NCBI GenBank assembly: GCA_963726455.1
Contig: CAVSCK010000003.1
Coordinates: forward strand, 758,166 to 822,165
Length of the DNA stretch: 64,000 bases
Direction of reading: 5' to 3'
Origin: an uncultured bacterium
GTDB taxonomy: Bacteria; Zixibacteria; MSB-5A5; CAIYYT01
Shown: positions 49,325 through 58,767 of the stretch, piece after piece
How positions within the stretch are numbered: the first letter of the stretch is position 1
Layout: every line of letters starts with the position of its first letter
Translations under genes and position numbers: made by a program
The notes under the pieces: model-generated
The model's database searches: none
The model's input: the letters and a program-made list of their open reading frames with translations, nothing else
Told to the model about the DNA's origin: nothing

Positions 49325-51217
49325 GTGAAGAAATTCCTGGTAGCCATATTACTGTTCGGCCTGATTGTGCCGGCTTACTCCCGGGACAAAGTGAGTAACG
49401 GCGATTACAAGGGTAAGGTCTACAAGGAAATCCGCATCGATGACAACGGTGTTGTCCTGATAGATTCATTGGGCAATGAAATTCACGTACCGACCGCTAC
49501 TGAACCGGGATCCGGCGGCGAACTCATACCGCCGCTGCCGCACGTTACTCCCGAGCCCAATTTGCCATCCGGATTCTACACTGATACACTCGCCAGCGTT
49601 ACGCGACTAGGCGGATCCGTAGTCGTTGACGCCAATGAATTTGTCGACGGCGATGTCGTGACTCTGGGCAATGCCACAATTCGCGGCCATGTCAACGGCT
49701 CCGTGACTGCTACTGGACGTATCAGGATCGCATCGACTGGAGTCGTTGAAGGCGACGTCACGGGAAGCCAGGTCACACTGGATCAGGGAGCGCAGGTGCT
49801 GGGGAGAGTATCGGAACAACACATCAGCATACCTCTACCCACCGGCGAATGGCCCGGCGTCCAACGAGGAAATACGGCGAAGCCCCTAGTTGTCGGATTG
49901 ATTCTGCTTTTGCTGCAACTCGCTATCGCCGCTGCCGTCACCTACATATTCCCGGACGCCACTGATCGTTTCCGGGCAGTATACCATGAGAACATTTTCA
50001 AAGCGCTGGTTGTAGGTTTTGTTTTCGAATTACTATTGCTGCCGCTCACAATCGTCCTCGTCATCACCATCATCGGGATACCGATTGCTTTCGTCGGCCT
50101 GCCGCTGGCTATCGTGGCAGCGGGATTTCTTGGGTTTGCGGCGTTCTGCCTCTTCTTCAGCGATTACATCCAGAGAAAGAATATCGCGCAACAGAGCCGC
50201 TTCCAGCAACTGCTGTTGGGTTTTGTGATTCTGGAATCTCCCTGGCTGGGAGTGTTCTTTGGAGTCGCGATCGATTCGCAGGCTATGTGGATTGTATTCC
50301 TGATCGTGGCTATCATTCTTTTCTTCATAGTATTTACCGCTTCTCTGGGAGCGGCGATACTAACGCGCTTCGGAGTTCGCCATTTCGGCCTTAAGATAAT
50401 TCCGGGCAGTCCGGTTTCGGCTGCTCTCACAGCCGTCACCGAGAAGGCGACTGATGGCAATGTCAAAACAATGGACGCGAGAGTCACGATGGCGGCGGGA
50501 CATTTTCGGCTGTTGAAAGGAACTGAGAACGGTGACATCGCAACGCTGACCGGGAATTATAACCCCTCGCGATTTCGCTACAGTTACGAATTCACACCCG
50601 CCGGTGACCGGGCTGACTTCATGTTTTCAACCGAGACTGCTAGTCACAATGTCACGAATTTGGACGGTCGCGAAAATGATTGGCGCCTTGAGTTTTCGCC
50701 TGCAGTCAATTTGCTCTTGAGAACGACTATCGGCGCCGCCCGTTGCGAAATCGACGGTGGTGGACTAACACTGGCGCGCGCTGAGTTCGAAATCGGCGCC
50801 GCGGATGCCCGCATTGACTTCTCGAGCCCCAATCGCACCAATCTCGACACTTTCAAGATTGAGGCGGGCGCCTGCAAGCTGCAAATCAACAACATCGGCA
50901 ACTCGCGTTTTCGATTGCTGGAATTTGACGGCGGCGTCGGGAAATTTACGCTCGACTTCGGCGGTGAATTCAACTATCGCGCCGAAGCCAATGTAAAAGT
51001 TGGTATGGGCGCTATGACTGTCATCATCCCGCATGGCCTGGGTGTGCGGCTGCGGGCCGACGAGAGATGGTTGAGCTCGCTTGATTTCACCAAGAACAAG
51101 TTAGTCGCGGTTGCCGGTAGTGGTATCTACGAAACCGAGAATTTCGATTCTGCTCTGGGCCAGTTGATTCTCAATTTGCAGGTGGGACTCGGATCGACGA
51201 ACATCGAGTTTAGGTAG
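49325..51217 (+). CDS. Membrane protein: bactofilin-like beta-helix, multi-TM domain and C-terminal toast-rack/LiaF-like domain
   Basis: VDGDVVTLGNATIRGHVNGSV repeats; LVITIIGIP TM block; GA/GVG/GMG beta-repeats and YETENF tail. Confidence 0.75.
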   Translation: MKKFLVAILLFGLIVPAYSRDKVSNGDYKGKVYKEIRIDDNGVVLIDSLGNEIHVPTATEPGSGGELIPPLPHVTPEPNLPSGFYTDTLASVTRLGGSVVVDANEFVDGDVVTLGNATIRGHVNGSVTATGRIRIASTGVVEGDVTGSQVTLDQGAQVLGRVSEQHISIPLPTGEWPGVQRGNTAKPLVVGLILLLLQLAIAAAVTYIFPDATDRFRAVYHENIFKALVVGFVFELLLLPLTIVLVITIIGIPIAFVGLPLAIVAAGFLGFAAFCLFFSDYIQRKNIAQQSRFQQLLLGFVILESPWLGVFFGVAIDSQAMWIVFLIVAIILFFIVFTASLGAAILTRFGVRHFGLKIIPGSPVSAALTAVTEKATDGNVKTMDARVTMAAGHFRLLKGTENGDIATLTGNYNPSRFRYSYEFTPAGDRADFMFSTETASHNVTNLDGRENDWRLEFSPAVNLLLRTTIGAARCEIDGGGLTLARAEFEIGAADARIDFSSPNRTNLDTFKIEAGACKLQINNIGNSRFRLLEFDGGVGKFTLDFGGEFNYRAEANVKVGMGAMTVIIPHGLGVRLRADERWLSSLDFTKNKLVAVAGSGIYETENFDSALGQLILNLQVGLGSTNIEFR

Positions 51218-51234
51218 CGAGAATTGCCTGCGCT

Positions 51235-51651
51235 TCAAAGGCAGTTGTGGGGCGCACTGCCATTTCCGAAAATATAGATCACCAGAAAGACGGCATCGGA
51301 TATGTCGATACCGCCACTGCAGTCGGCGTCACCGGCCTGCAGAGGATTCGGCGCGGCTCCTTCGGCAAAGATGTAAGTTATCAGAAACACCACATCGGAA
51401 ATATCAATATCGCCGCTGCCGTCGGCGTCACCGGGGACGAAACTGGTACGCGAAATGGTGGTCAGAAATCCCGACGTCAGGTCGCCGGACACACCGCCGG
51501 TGTTCTGACCGAGCACGGATTCGAGTCTCAGATTCGAGGACGCAGCCCTGCCGGAGCCGGCAGTGCCGACCTGATGGTAATCGGCGGCACTCAATGTTAC
51601 CGCCAGAACAACCGCGAGCGTGATTATGAACGTTACTTTAGTCAGTCTCAT
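51235..51651 (-). CDS. Small secreted dockerin protein
   Basis: Signal peptide, short SSNLRLESVLGQ...SGF domain, dockerin GDADGSGDIDISDVVFLI...GDADCSGGIDISDAVFL. Confidence 0.9.
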   Translation of the reverse strand: MRLTKVTFIITLAVVLAVTLSAADYHQVGTAGSGRAASSNLRLESVLGQNTGGVSGDLTSGFLTTISRTSFVPGDADGSGDIDISDVVFLITYIFAEGAAPNPLQAGDADCSGGIDISDAVFLVIYIFGNGSAPHNCL

Positions 51652-51654
51652 AAA

Positions 51655-53367
51655 CTAATAATGGGTGCGAATGAAGACCGCTTGCAAGCGACCCTGATAG
51701 AAGTCCACCGGGCCCGACGACGACGCTGCTGCGCGCACGTTCGCGTACACAATGACGTCGCCTGCACTCGTCACCGGTATGATGTCAGATACTGCGATTG
51801 TCATATTGGCGCCGGTTGAGGTTGCGCTGGAGGCAATCCGCGCCTCGCCATAAGTTCCGAAGGTGGTCGGCGAGTTGGATATGCTCGACTGCGCAACTTC
51901 ATTGTTGCCAACGTTGGCGATACAATTGAAGAAGGCGATGATGTAACCGGGAGCGGGAGCCGAAACAGTCACGGACATCCAGTTGACAATCGTCGTGCTG
52001 ACCGAGGCCATGAGCGGCGAACTGGTGTAGTCCAGGCCCGGTTCGTCTTGAACCTTGTCTGCAGTAATTGTGTTGTCGGCGATGTCGACGTCGGCTACGG
52101 AATTGTCCTGCAATTGCACGGAGCCAATGGACGAAGGCCCCATATTCGCAATCGAGATCGTGTTGTTCTGAAGGTTGGTGCCGGCAATGGTACTGGCAAC
52201 AATCTTGACACCGGTAATCGTACCGTTGGCGATGTTGCTGTTGGTAATAGCGCCGTTGGCGATATCGGATCCGGAAATGGACCCGTTCATAATCTTGGTA
52301 CCGGTGACCGACTCGTTAATGAGCTTGGAGCCGTCTACGGAATTCGCAGCCAAATGCGCGTCCTGAATCTGTCCGCGGCCAATTTTGGCGCCGGTAATCG
52401 TTGAATCAGCCAGATCGGCATTGGTGATCGTGCCATCCTCGATATTCGCGCCGGTGAAGGCCGAGACTGACAGGTGCTGATTGCTGATAGAGCCGGGGGC
52501 AATCTTATCGCCGGTGACTGTGGAATCTGCAAGATCGACTGCCGTAATTGTGCCATCCTGAATATTCGCGCCACTGAATGCGGAAACCGACAGATGTTCA
52601 CTTTGTATGGCGCCGCGAGCGATCTTGTTGCCGGTCACAGTTGAGTCGACCAGGTCGTTGCCCGCGACTGAACCGTCGGCTATCTTGTCGCCGGTGATGG
52701 ACGACGCCGCAATATGCGTACCATGCACGGCGCCTGCGGCAAGTTTACCTCCCGTGATAAGTGAATCCGCCAAATCTGCGGTGGCGACTCCGCCATCAAC
52801 TATCTTGCTCGAATCAACAGACAACACCGGCAACCGATCCGAACTGATCACGCCGGAGACAATCTCGGCGGCGTCAACCCGCATTGGATGATGCGCCGTC
52901 TGATCGGCGTTATGTGCGGCAATTTCCGCGGTGACTGCGCCGGTGTCGGCAAAATGCTCGGCGGGATATCCACCCAGATTCTGGCTGTTGCGCGCCAGAA
53001 ATGTATAGACCGAGGCCGCGATTACCTGCCGGGGCGCGAATTCGGCGCGAGCTTCATAAGTGATTCCCAGAAACAGTGGGTAACTCTCAAACAGATTACT
53101 CGGAAACGGCGTTGCCTGCCCGAGGTAGGCATGGACCAGCCCGCGTTTCAGTTCAAGATTCTGCGACTCCGTCCAGAGCGCAACCCCGCCGACGGAATCG
53201 GCATAGAACCTGAACGTAAGAGAGTGGATTCCATCGGGATAAGGCACGCCAAGAGAGTCAGATAAGCTCCCTTGATAGTTTAGAATTGGATTGATTGCGC
53301 CGTAGGAGCTCGCCCCAAAAACTACCACAACGAACGCCAGAAGACATACAAAAACGTTCGGTCTCAA
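51655..53367 (-). CDS. Secreted fibre-like protein with 10-aa (D/N)G(S/T)ITxxKI repeats
   Basis: GGAGGTG RBS and TTG start; LNYQGSL.D..G.P..DG..SLTFRFY N-domain; long run of DGTITxxDLA/DSTVTGxKIA repeats. Confidence 0.8.
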   Translation of the reverse strand: MRPNVFVCLLAFVVVVFGASSYGAINPILNYQGSLSDSLGVPYPDGIHSLTFRFYADSVGGVALWTESQNLELKRGLVHAYLGQATPFPSNLFESYPLFLGITYEARAEFAPRQVIAASVYTFLARNSQNLGGYPAEHFADTGAVTAEIAAHNADQTAHHPMRVDAAEIVSGVISSDRLPVLSVDSSKIVDGGVATADLADSLITGGKLAAGAVHGTHIAASSITGDKIADGSVAGNDLVDSTVTGNKIARGAIQSEHLSVSAFSGANIQDGTITAVDLADSTVTGDKIAPGSISNQHLSVSAFTGANIEDGTITNADLADSTITGAKIGRGQIQDAHLAANSVDGSKLINESVTGTKIMNGSISGSDIANGAITNSNIANGTITGVKIVASTIAGTNLQNNTISIANMGPSSIGSVQLQDNSVADVDIADNTITADKVQDEPGLDYTSSPLMASVSTTIVNWMSVTVSAPAPGYIIAFFNCIANVGNNEVAQSSISNSPTTFGTYGEARIASSATSTGANMTIAVSDIIPVTSAGDVIVYANVRAAASSSGPVDFYQGRLQAVFIRTHY

Positions 53368-53584
53368 GCTCACCTCCGGAGAAGACTTGGAAGTATGTAA
53401 GCTAATATATATCACAAGCTCGAAAATTCAAGCCATTTGTGACTTCGGCGACACAATAAGTCACACTTCGCGGCAGTTGCGCCTCCCCTATTCGCTTGTC
53501 AGCCAACGAAATGAATGTTGGCACGCGACATGATAATCCTCTCTGGCAGAGGGAGTCAGGAAACCCGAAACAAGAGAGGATGTC

Positions 53585-54741
53585 ATGTTCAACAAAATCA
53601 AATTCGCAACCGGGCTGATAATAATGGTGGTAATGACCGCCGCCATATTCGGCCTGTCAATCAAGTCACGCAATCTCGAAAACCCGCAGGCGCTTAATAA
53701 TCTGGCGCCGGCGACCAATCGAGGTGTCGTAATCTCTACCGCCGTCGCCAGGGAACGATTCAACTACGGTCCCGACACCATTCCAGTCTCGGAAGAACCG
53801 GGCTACGATGACGAGCTTTATGCGGCGCTGGTTGCGGGTGAAGTTTCCGACAGCGCAGATCTCGCGGCCATTAAGTCCGAGGATTTTGGCGACGTGCGCG
53901 ATGTCAACATCGACGGTGAACGTATGTTGCTTGCCACCGCCGGTGGCGTGATCGAGTTCTATCCCGAAGATTCAAGTTTTGTGGTCTACAGTGATCGTCA
54001 AGGGCTGACCGACTACGACTGCTACGCGCTGCTGGTCGATGACGGCGATATCTACGTCGGCACCAACAATGGTGTCTACTACATCGACGAGTGTGGCGAA
54101 GTCACACCAATCTGGCGCGAAATTGCCGACACGGTCACCGTTCTGAAACTGATCGACACGCGCTATTACGTCGGCACCAGGTCATCCGGTCTGTTTGTCT
54201 CCAACTGGGACACGATCGACCAGATGCTGCCGGCAAAGTCGGTAGTTGATGTCACCAAGAACGGTTTCGGTCTTTGGGTGCTGACCAAGGATGACGGCCT
54301 CTTCAATTATCAAGGCGACGGTTGGAAGAAGCGTTATCTCAAAGGTGACTCACTGGCGCTGGCTTCCGCCAACTGCCTTACGACAGCATACAACCAGCCG
54401 TGGCTGGGTACGCCAAAGGGGGCGTACTTTTTCAACGGCGGCGTCTGGACGCTGATCGATTCGACTCGAATCTCTTCGACCAGAATGTCACCGCGATCGC
54501 CAAAGGCAAGACATTCGTTTACTTCGGCACAGACAAAGGGGGAATCTTCTCCTACTACAACGGCGCGCTGTCACCGCTCGACTGGAGCGAAGGCCTGTCG
54601 GTAAGCGCTCTCGCCGTTCATGACGGGACGTATCTCGTGGGGCTGCAAAGGGGCGGCGCTATCATGCACAACTCAAAGGGGGAAACCTTCAACATCCTCG
54701 ACATCATCCGTAAGACCGGGGCAGTCTTCACTGGAATCTAG
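53585..54741 (+). pseudogene. Membrane-anchored beta-propeller protein with one frameshift near 54466, probably an assembly error
   Basis: YVGTNNGVY, YVGTRSSGLF, WLGTPKGAY blades continue as YFGTDKGGIF in the next frame. Confidence 0.7.
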
Positions 54742-54783
54742 GCCACCTGCACTGCAATTCATGCGCCTCGGCGCCGAGGATCG

Positions 54784-54815
54784 ACAGGCCACATCCGAGA
54801 GGGTGTGGCCTGTTT
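54784..54815 (+). terminator. Hairpin / probable terminator
   Basis: 13-bp stem ACAGGCCACATCC-gaga-GGGTGTGGCCTGT (one G-U pair). Confidence 0.55.
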
Positions 54816-54829
54816 AGCTTGCAAAGCGA

Positions 54830-54890
54830 CGGCAGGCGAGGACGACTGCCGTGCACTGGCGTCGTGCGCGGCAGTCGTCCTCGCCTGCCG
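54830..54890. repeat. REP doublet (REPIN/BIME-like), copy 1
   Basis: Inverted 22-bp arms CGGCAGGCGAGGACGACTGCCG / CGGCAGTCGTCCTCGCCTGCCG, each with a GTGC foot, 7-nt spacer. Confidence 0.92.
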
Positions 54891-54963
54891 CGTTGTTTCA
54901 GCTTGCGGAGCAGAGCCGAGACATTATATTAGATAGAGTATTCCCAATATTGGGAGGGCAGTC

Positions 54964-55923
54964 ATGATCTCTTCAAAGCTATTTCGATTTCTTCTTGTCG
55001 GCGTGCTCTGCGTGGCTTGCACCAAAACCGAGAAGCCGGGGCCGCAGGTTCTCGGCGCCGAGAACCGCGAAGAGTACAAGGTGATGTCGGTGGTGTTGAA
55101 AGACTTCTTTGGAGACCACGAGGGCGAAGACGACACCGCAGGATACAAGCAGTTTGACACCAGCGGCTTGACGTTCCTCAGCAGTGTCGCGCATGGCGAC
55201 ACGGCACTGTACAAGGCGCTGAGGAAGAGATTTGGACTGCAGCAACTACTCGCAGATCATGACACGCTCGGCGTTAGAAGCGTCTGTGACTCTCTTATTC
55301 AGAAACGCGTTGGTCTCGGCAACTATTTCACAGTCAAGGACTATTCTGTAAAGTGGCTTCCCGCTAGAAGAGACCTGTTCGCCAATGAGTACAGAGGAGC
55401 GGACCTTCCCCACGAGCTTGTTGAGAGTTTCAACGACAACAACGAAAAACCTTGTCTTTTCGATGGAAACGCCTTCCCAAATTCTCTGATCGTTCAACTC
55501 GTTCCTACGAAGCAAATTGACTCGGTGGAAGTCGACGGTGACTGGTGGACCACCTTCTATCAGAGGTATCCTCTGTCAAATGGGCTTATCGCTTTCTCCA
55601 GAGTGGGGTTCGACAGTGACCGGAACCTTGCTCTTGTCTGCGTCGAAGTAGATGTATTGCCGTTAGGTGGTACAGGCTGGTATCTATTGCTTGAAAGGTC
55701 AGATTCGACATGGAAAATTGTGACGAAAACTTTGTGCGCGGCAGTCGTCCTCGCCTGCCGCGTTCCTAATGCTACTTTACCCACGCGTAAGACTTGTCGA
55801 TCGCGACATAACCTGCTTCACCCGAAAGCCAATCTCTTGCGCTTGAATAGACATACTCAAGCGGCTCCGTCACCAAGCCCGCCCTCACTGGATTCGCGTG
55901 GATGTATTCAACTTTGGTTCTAA
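54964..55923 (+). CDS. Hypothetical lipoprotein whose C-terminus reads through a REP and into the RAYT gene end
   Basis: GGGAGG RBS, lipobox CVAC, FYQRYP..NG.IAFSRVGF domain; protein-like sequence stops at WKIVTKTL (about 55733), where the REP begins. Confidence 0.75.
   Translation: MISSKLFRFLLVGVLCVACTKTEKPGPQVLGAENREEYKVMSVVLKDFFGDHEGEDDTAGYKQFDTSGLTFLSSVAHGDTALYKALRKRFGLQQLLADHDTLGVRSVCDSLIQKRVGLGNYFTVKDYSVKWLPARRDLFANEYRGADLPHELVESFNDNNEKPCLFDGNAFPNSLIVQLVPTKQIDSVEVDGDWWTTFYQRYPLSNGLIAFSRVGFDSDRNLALVCVEVDVLPLGGTGWYLLLERSDSTWKIVTKTLCAAVVLACRVPNATLPTRKTCRSRHNLLHPKANLLRLNRHTQAAPSPSPPSLDSRGCIQLWF
55734..55764 (+). repeat. Single REP, perfect 31-bp direct repeat of 54864-54894
   Basis: GTGCGCGGCAGTCGTCCTCGCCTGCCGCGTT at both positions. 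Confidence 0.92.
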
Positions 55924-56296
55924 ACTGCCTTTCGGAGTATATGAACAGATCGTCGAAGCGCGGCTGCCAAAGGGCAAACGTGCCACCGTCTGAAAGTTTG
56001 TCAACCAGCTCGGCCGAAAGGCGGCCCTTAACGTCCTTGGAAGAGAGACTCTTGAAGCTTCGCATGAACTGCGATAACCTATTGGCTTCTGCTAAGCCAA
56101 CCAGGGCGTGAAAGTGAGACGGCATCAAGACGTATGCGACAACGGAGGTGCCAAAGAACTCAGCAGACTCAGCGAATCTTTGAAGGACAGCTGCCGCCAA
56201 TTCCGGCTGCTGGAAGATTGGCATCCAATCTACGACTGTCGTCGTGACGAAGAACAAGCCGCTTCCCTGAATATCGAGTCTCTTGCGGACTACCAT
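55772..56296 (-). mobile_element. REP-associated tyrosine transposase (RAYT, Y1 HUH, IS200/IS605 TnpA-like)
   Basis: FFVTT, YVLMPSHFH (HUH), FKSLS, LWQPRF, YIHANPVRAGL, YSSA; flanked by REP hairpins. Confidence 0.93.
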
Positions 56297-56302
56297 CGAC
56301 TA

Positions 56303-56330
56303 AATATATGTAATGGCGTTGGAGGCGCAA
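56303..56330 (-). promoter_or_regulatory. Sigma70 promoter of RAYT (leaderless)
   Basis: TTGCGC-N16-TATATT ending 6 nt before the ATG; no RBS. Confidence 0.55.
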
Positions 56331-56338
56331 GATCAACA

Positions 56339-56399
56339 CGGCAGGCGAGGACGACTGCCGTGCACCACTGTTGTGCCCGGTAGTCGTCCTCGCCTGCCG
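56339..56399. repeat. REP doublet, copy 2
   Basis: Same inverted arms (one C>T change), GTGC feet, 7-nt spacer. Confidence 0.92.
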
Positions 56400-56475
56400 C
56401 GGAATAGCCATTCTACCTTAATTCTCCCCCTTCCAAATGCCACTTCTCCGCCACTCCGTACCACTATCAGAGTTC

Positions 56476-56499
56476 ATATCTGACCAAGTTAGTCAGTAT
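56476..56499. promoter_or_regulatory. Palindromic operator upstream of suf (IscR/Rrf2-like)
   Basis: ATATCTGAC-CAAGTTA-GTCAGTAT resembles the IscR type-1 site ATASYYGACTRWWWYAGTCRRSTAT. Confidence 0.5.
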
Positions 56500-56553
56500 T
56501 GAGGAACTTTAACAACGAAAATCGGTTAGGTCTATACTGAAGAGGATGTGATA

Positions 56554-57340
56554 ATGAAAGATAAACCACTGCTTGAAATCAAGAATCTGGAAGTCTCGAT
56601 CGAAGGCAACCAGATTCTAAATGGCGTCGATCTGACCGTCAAGCCGGGAGAAATCCATGCCATCATGGGGCCGAACGGCTCCGGCAAATCGACGCTTTGC
56701 TATGCGCTGGCGGGACATCCGGAATACAAGGTGTCGGCGGGCGAGGCGTTTCTCGACGGCAAGAACCTGCTGGAAATGGAGCCGGAAGATCGCTCGCGCG
56801 CCGGATTGTTTCTGGCGTTTCAGTATCCGGTCGAAGTGCCGGGGGTGACGCTGCAGAATTTCCTGCGGACGGCGTACAATGCGCATCAGGCGACGGTGAC
56901 GGCAACGGCGCCAAGAATCAACGTCATGAAGTTCTGGCAATTTCCTGAAGGACGAAACTGCAGGCGCTCGGTGTCGATGAGTCATTTGCCAATCGATATC
57001 TCAACGACGGTTTTTCCGGCGGCGAAAAGAAACGCGCCGAGATACTGCAGATGGCGGTGCTCGAACCGAGAGTGGCGCTGTTGGATGAGACCGATTCCGG
57101 ACTGGATATCGACGCGCTCAAGGCGGTTGCCGATGGCGTCAACAAACTGATGAATCCAAATATGGCGGTCGTGGTAATCACGCATTACCAGCGTCTGCTG
57201 AACTATATCAAACCGCACTTCGTGCACATCATGTCGAACGGCCGTATCATCAAGACCGGCGGCCCCGAACTGGCGCTGGAGCTGGAAGAACAGAGGCTAC
57301 GGCTGGATCACTGGACGACCAGGTCGCAGCGGAGGTTTAG
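56554..57340 (+). pseudogene. sufC: Fe-S cluster assembly ATPase SufC (multiple indels as assembled)
   Basis: MGPNGSKST-type Walker A (GPNGSGKST), [42 protein letters not shown] split across frames. Confidence 0.92.
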
Positions 57341-57345
57341 ACATC

Positions 57346-58767
57346 ATGGCAGAGCAGAAAGCGACGCCGGTGCTGGATCATCGGCGACTATAAATATGGA
57401 TTTCATGACCCCGAGAACTACAATTTCAAGTCGGGCAGGGGTCTGAATCAGGAGATCGTCAAGACGATTTCCGACGATGAAAAACGAGCCGGGTTGGATG
57501 ACCGATTATCCGGCTGAAGGCGCTGGAGCATTTCCTGTCGCGCCCGATGCCGAAATGGGGTGGCAGGCGGAATGCTGGACACGATTGATTTTGACAACAT
57601 CTATTACTACGTCAAGCCATCCGATCGCAGGAACGATCGTGGGACGATGTGCCTTCGGATATCAAGAAGACCTTCGACCGGCTGGGAATTCCCGAAGCCG
57701 AGAAGAAATATCTCGCCGGTGTCGGCGCGCAGTACGAATCGGAAGTTGTCTATCACAATCTGCAGAAGCAGTGGGAAGAACTCGGCGTGTTCTTTCTCGA
57801 TACCGACAGCGGTCTGCGAGAGCATGAGGATATCTTCAAGGAATACTTCGGCAAGATGATTCCGTACAACGACAACAAATTTGCGGCGCTAAATTCGGCG
57901 GTTTGGTCGGGCGGGTCGTTTATCTATGTCCCGCCGGGAGTCGAACGTCGATATTCCGCTGCAGGCCTATTTCCGGATCAACACTGAGAACATGGGACAG
58001 TTCGAGCGGACGCTGATCATTGTCGACGAGGGCGCGTTCGTGCACTACGTCGAGGGCTGCACGGCGCCGACCTATTCGTCCGATTCGCTGCATTCGGCAG
58101 TGGTCGAGATCATCGTGAAGAAGGGCGGACGCGCGCGCTACACGACGATTCAGAACTGGTCGAAGAACGTCTACAACCTCGTAACCAAGCGCGCCTATGC
58201 TTACGAAAACGCCACGATGGAATGGGTCGACTGTAATCTCGGCTCCAAACTGACCATGAAGTATCCGTCGGTCTACCTGATGGGTGAAGGCGCCAAAGGC
58301 GAAGTGCTTGTCGGTGGCGTTTGCCGGCGACGATCAGCATCAGGACGCCGGCGCCAAGATGCTGCATTTTGCCAAGAACACGTCGTCGACGATCACTTCG
58401 AAGTCAATCTCGAAGGGCTCCGGCAGAGCATCCTATCGCGGTCTGGTCAAGGTCGCCAAGGGCTGCACCGGCGTGAAATCGAATGTCGAGTGTGACGCGC
58501 TGCTGTTGGACGAACACTCGCGCACCGATACATATCCGTACATGGAAATCGACGAGGAAGACGTTTCGATCAGTCATGAGGCATCGGTCTCGAAGATTTC
58601 GGAGACGCAACTTGTTCTACCTGCGCTCGCGGGGGCTGTCGGAAGAGCAGGCGTCGATGATGATCGTCAACGGCTTTATCGAGCCGATCGTCAAGCAATT
58701 GCCGATGGAATATGCCGTCGAAATGAACCGGCTGATTGAACTGGAGATGGAAGGATCGGTGGGCTAG
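57346..58767 (+). pseudogene. sufB: Fe-S cluster assembly protein SufB (multiple indels as assembled)
   Basis: [59 protein letters not shown] in successive frames. Confidence 0.93.

Noticed and set aside
51655-53367. Prophage tail-fibre gene
   Set aside because: Has a Sec signal peptide, no phage genes nearby, and is paired with a dockerin gene; better read as a cellular surface fibre.
53518-53536. Sigma54-like TTGGCACG upstream of the beta-propeller gene
   Set aside because: No TTGC at the -12 position.
55765-55923. C-terminal 60 aa of the lipoprotein as a real domain
   Set aside because: It is translated REP sequence plus the antisense of the RAYT 3' end, i.e. read-through.
54830-56399. 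Repeats as a CRISPR array or integron attC sites
   Set aside because: Repeats occur as inverted doublets without regular unique spacers; no cas or tyrosine-recombinase integrase gene; no RYYYAAC/GTTRRRY ends. The adjacent RAYT explains them as REPs.
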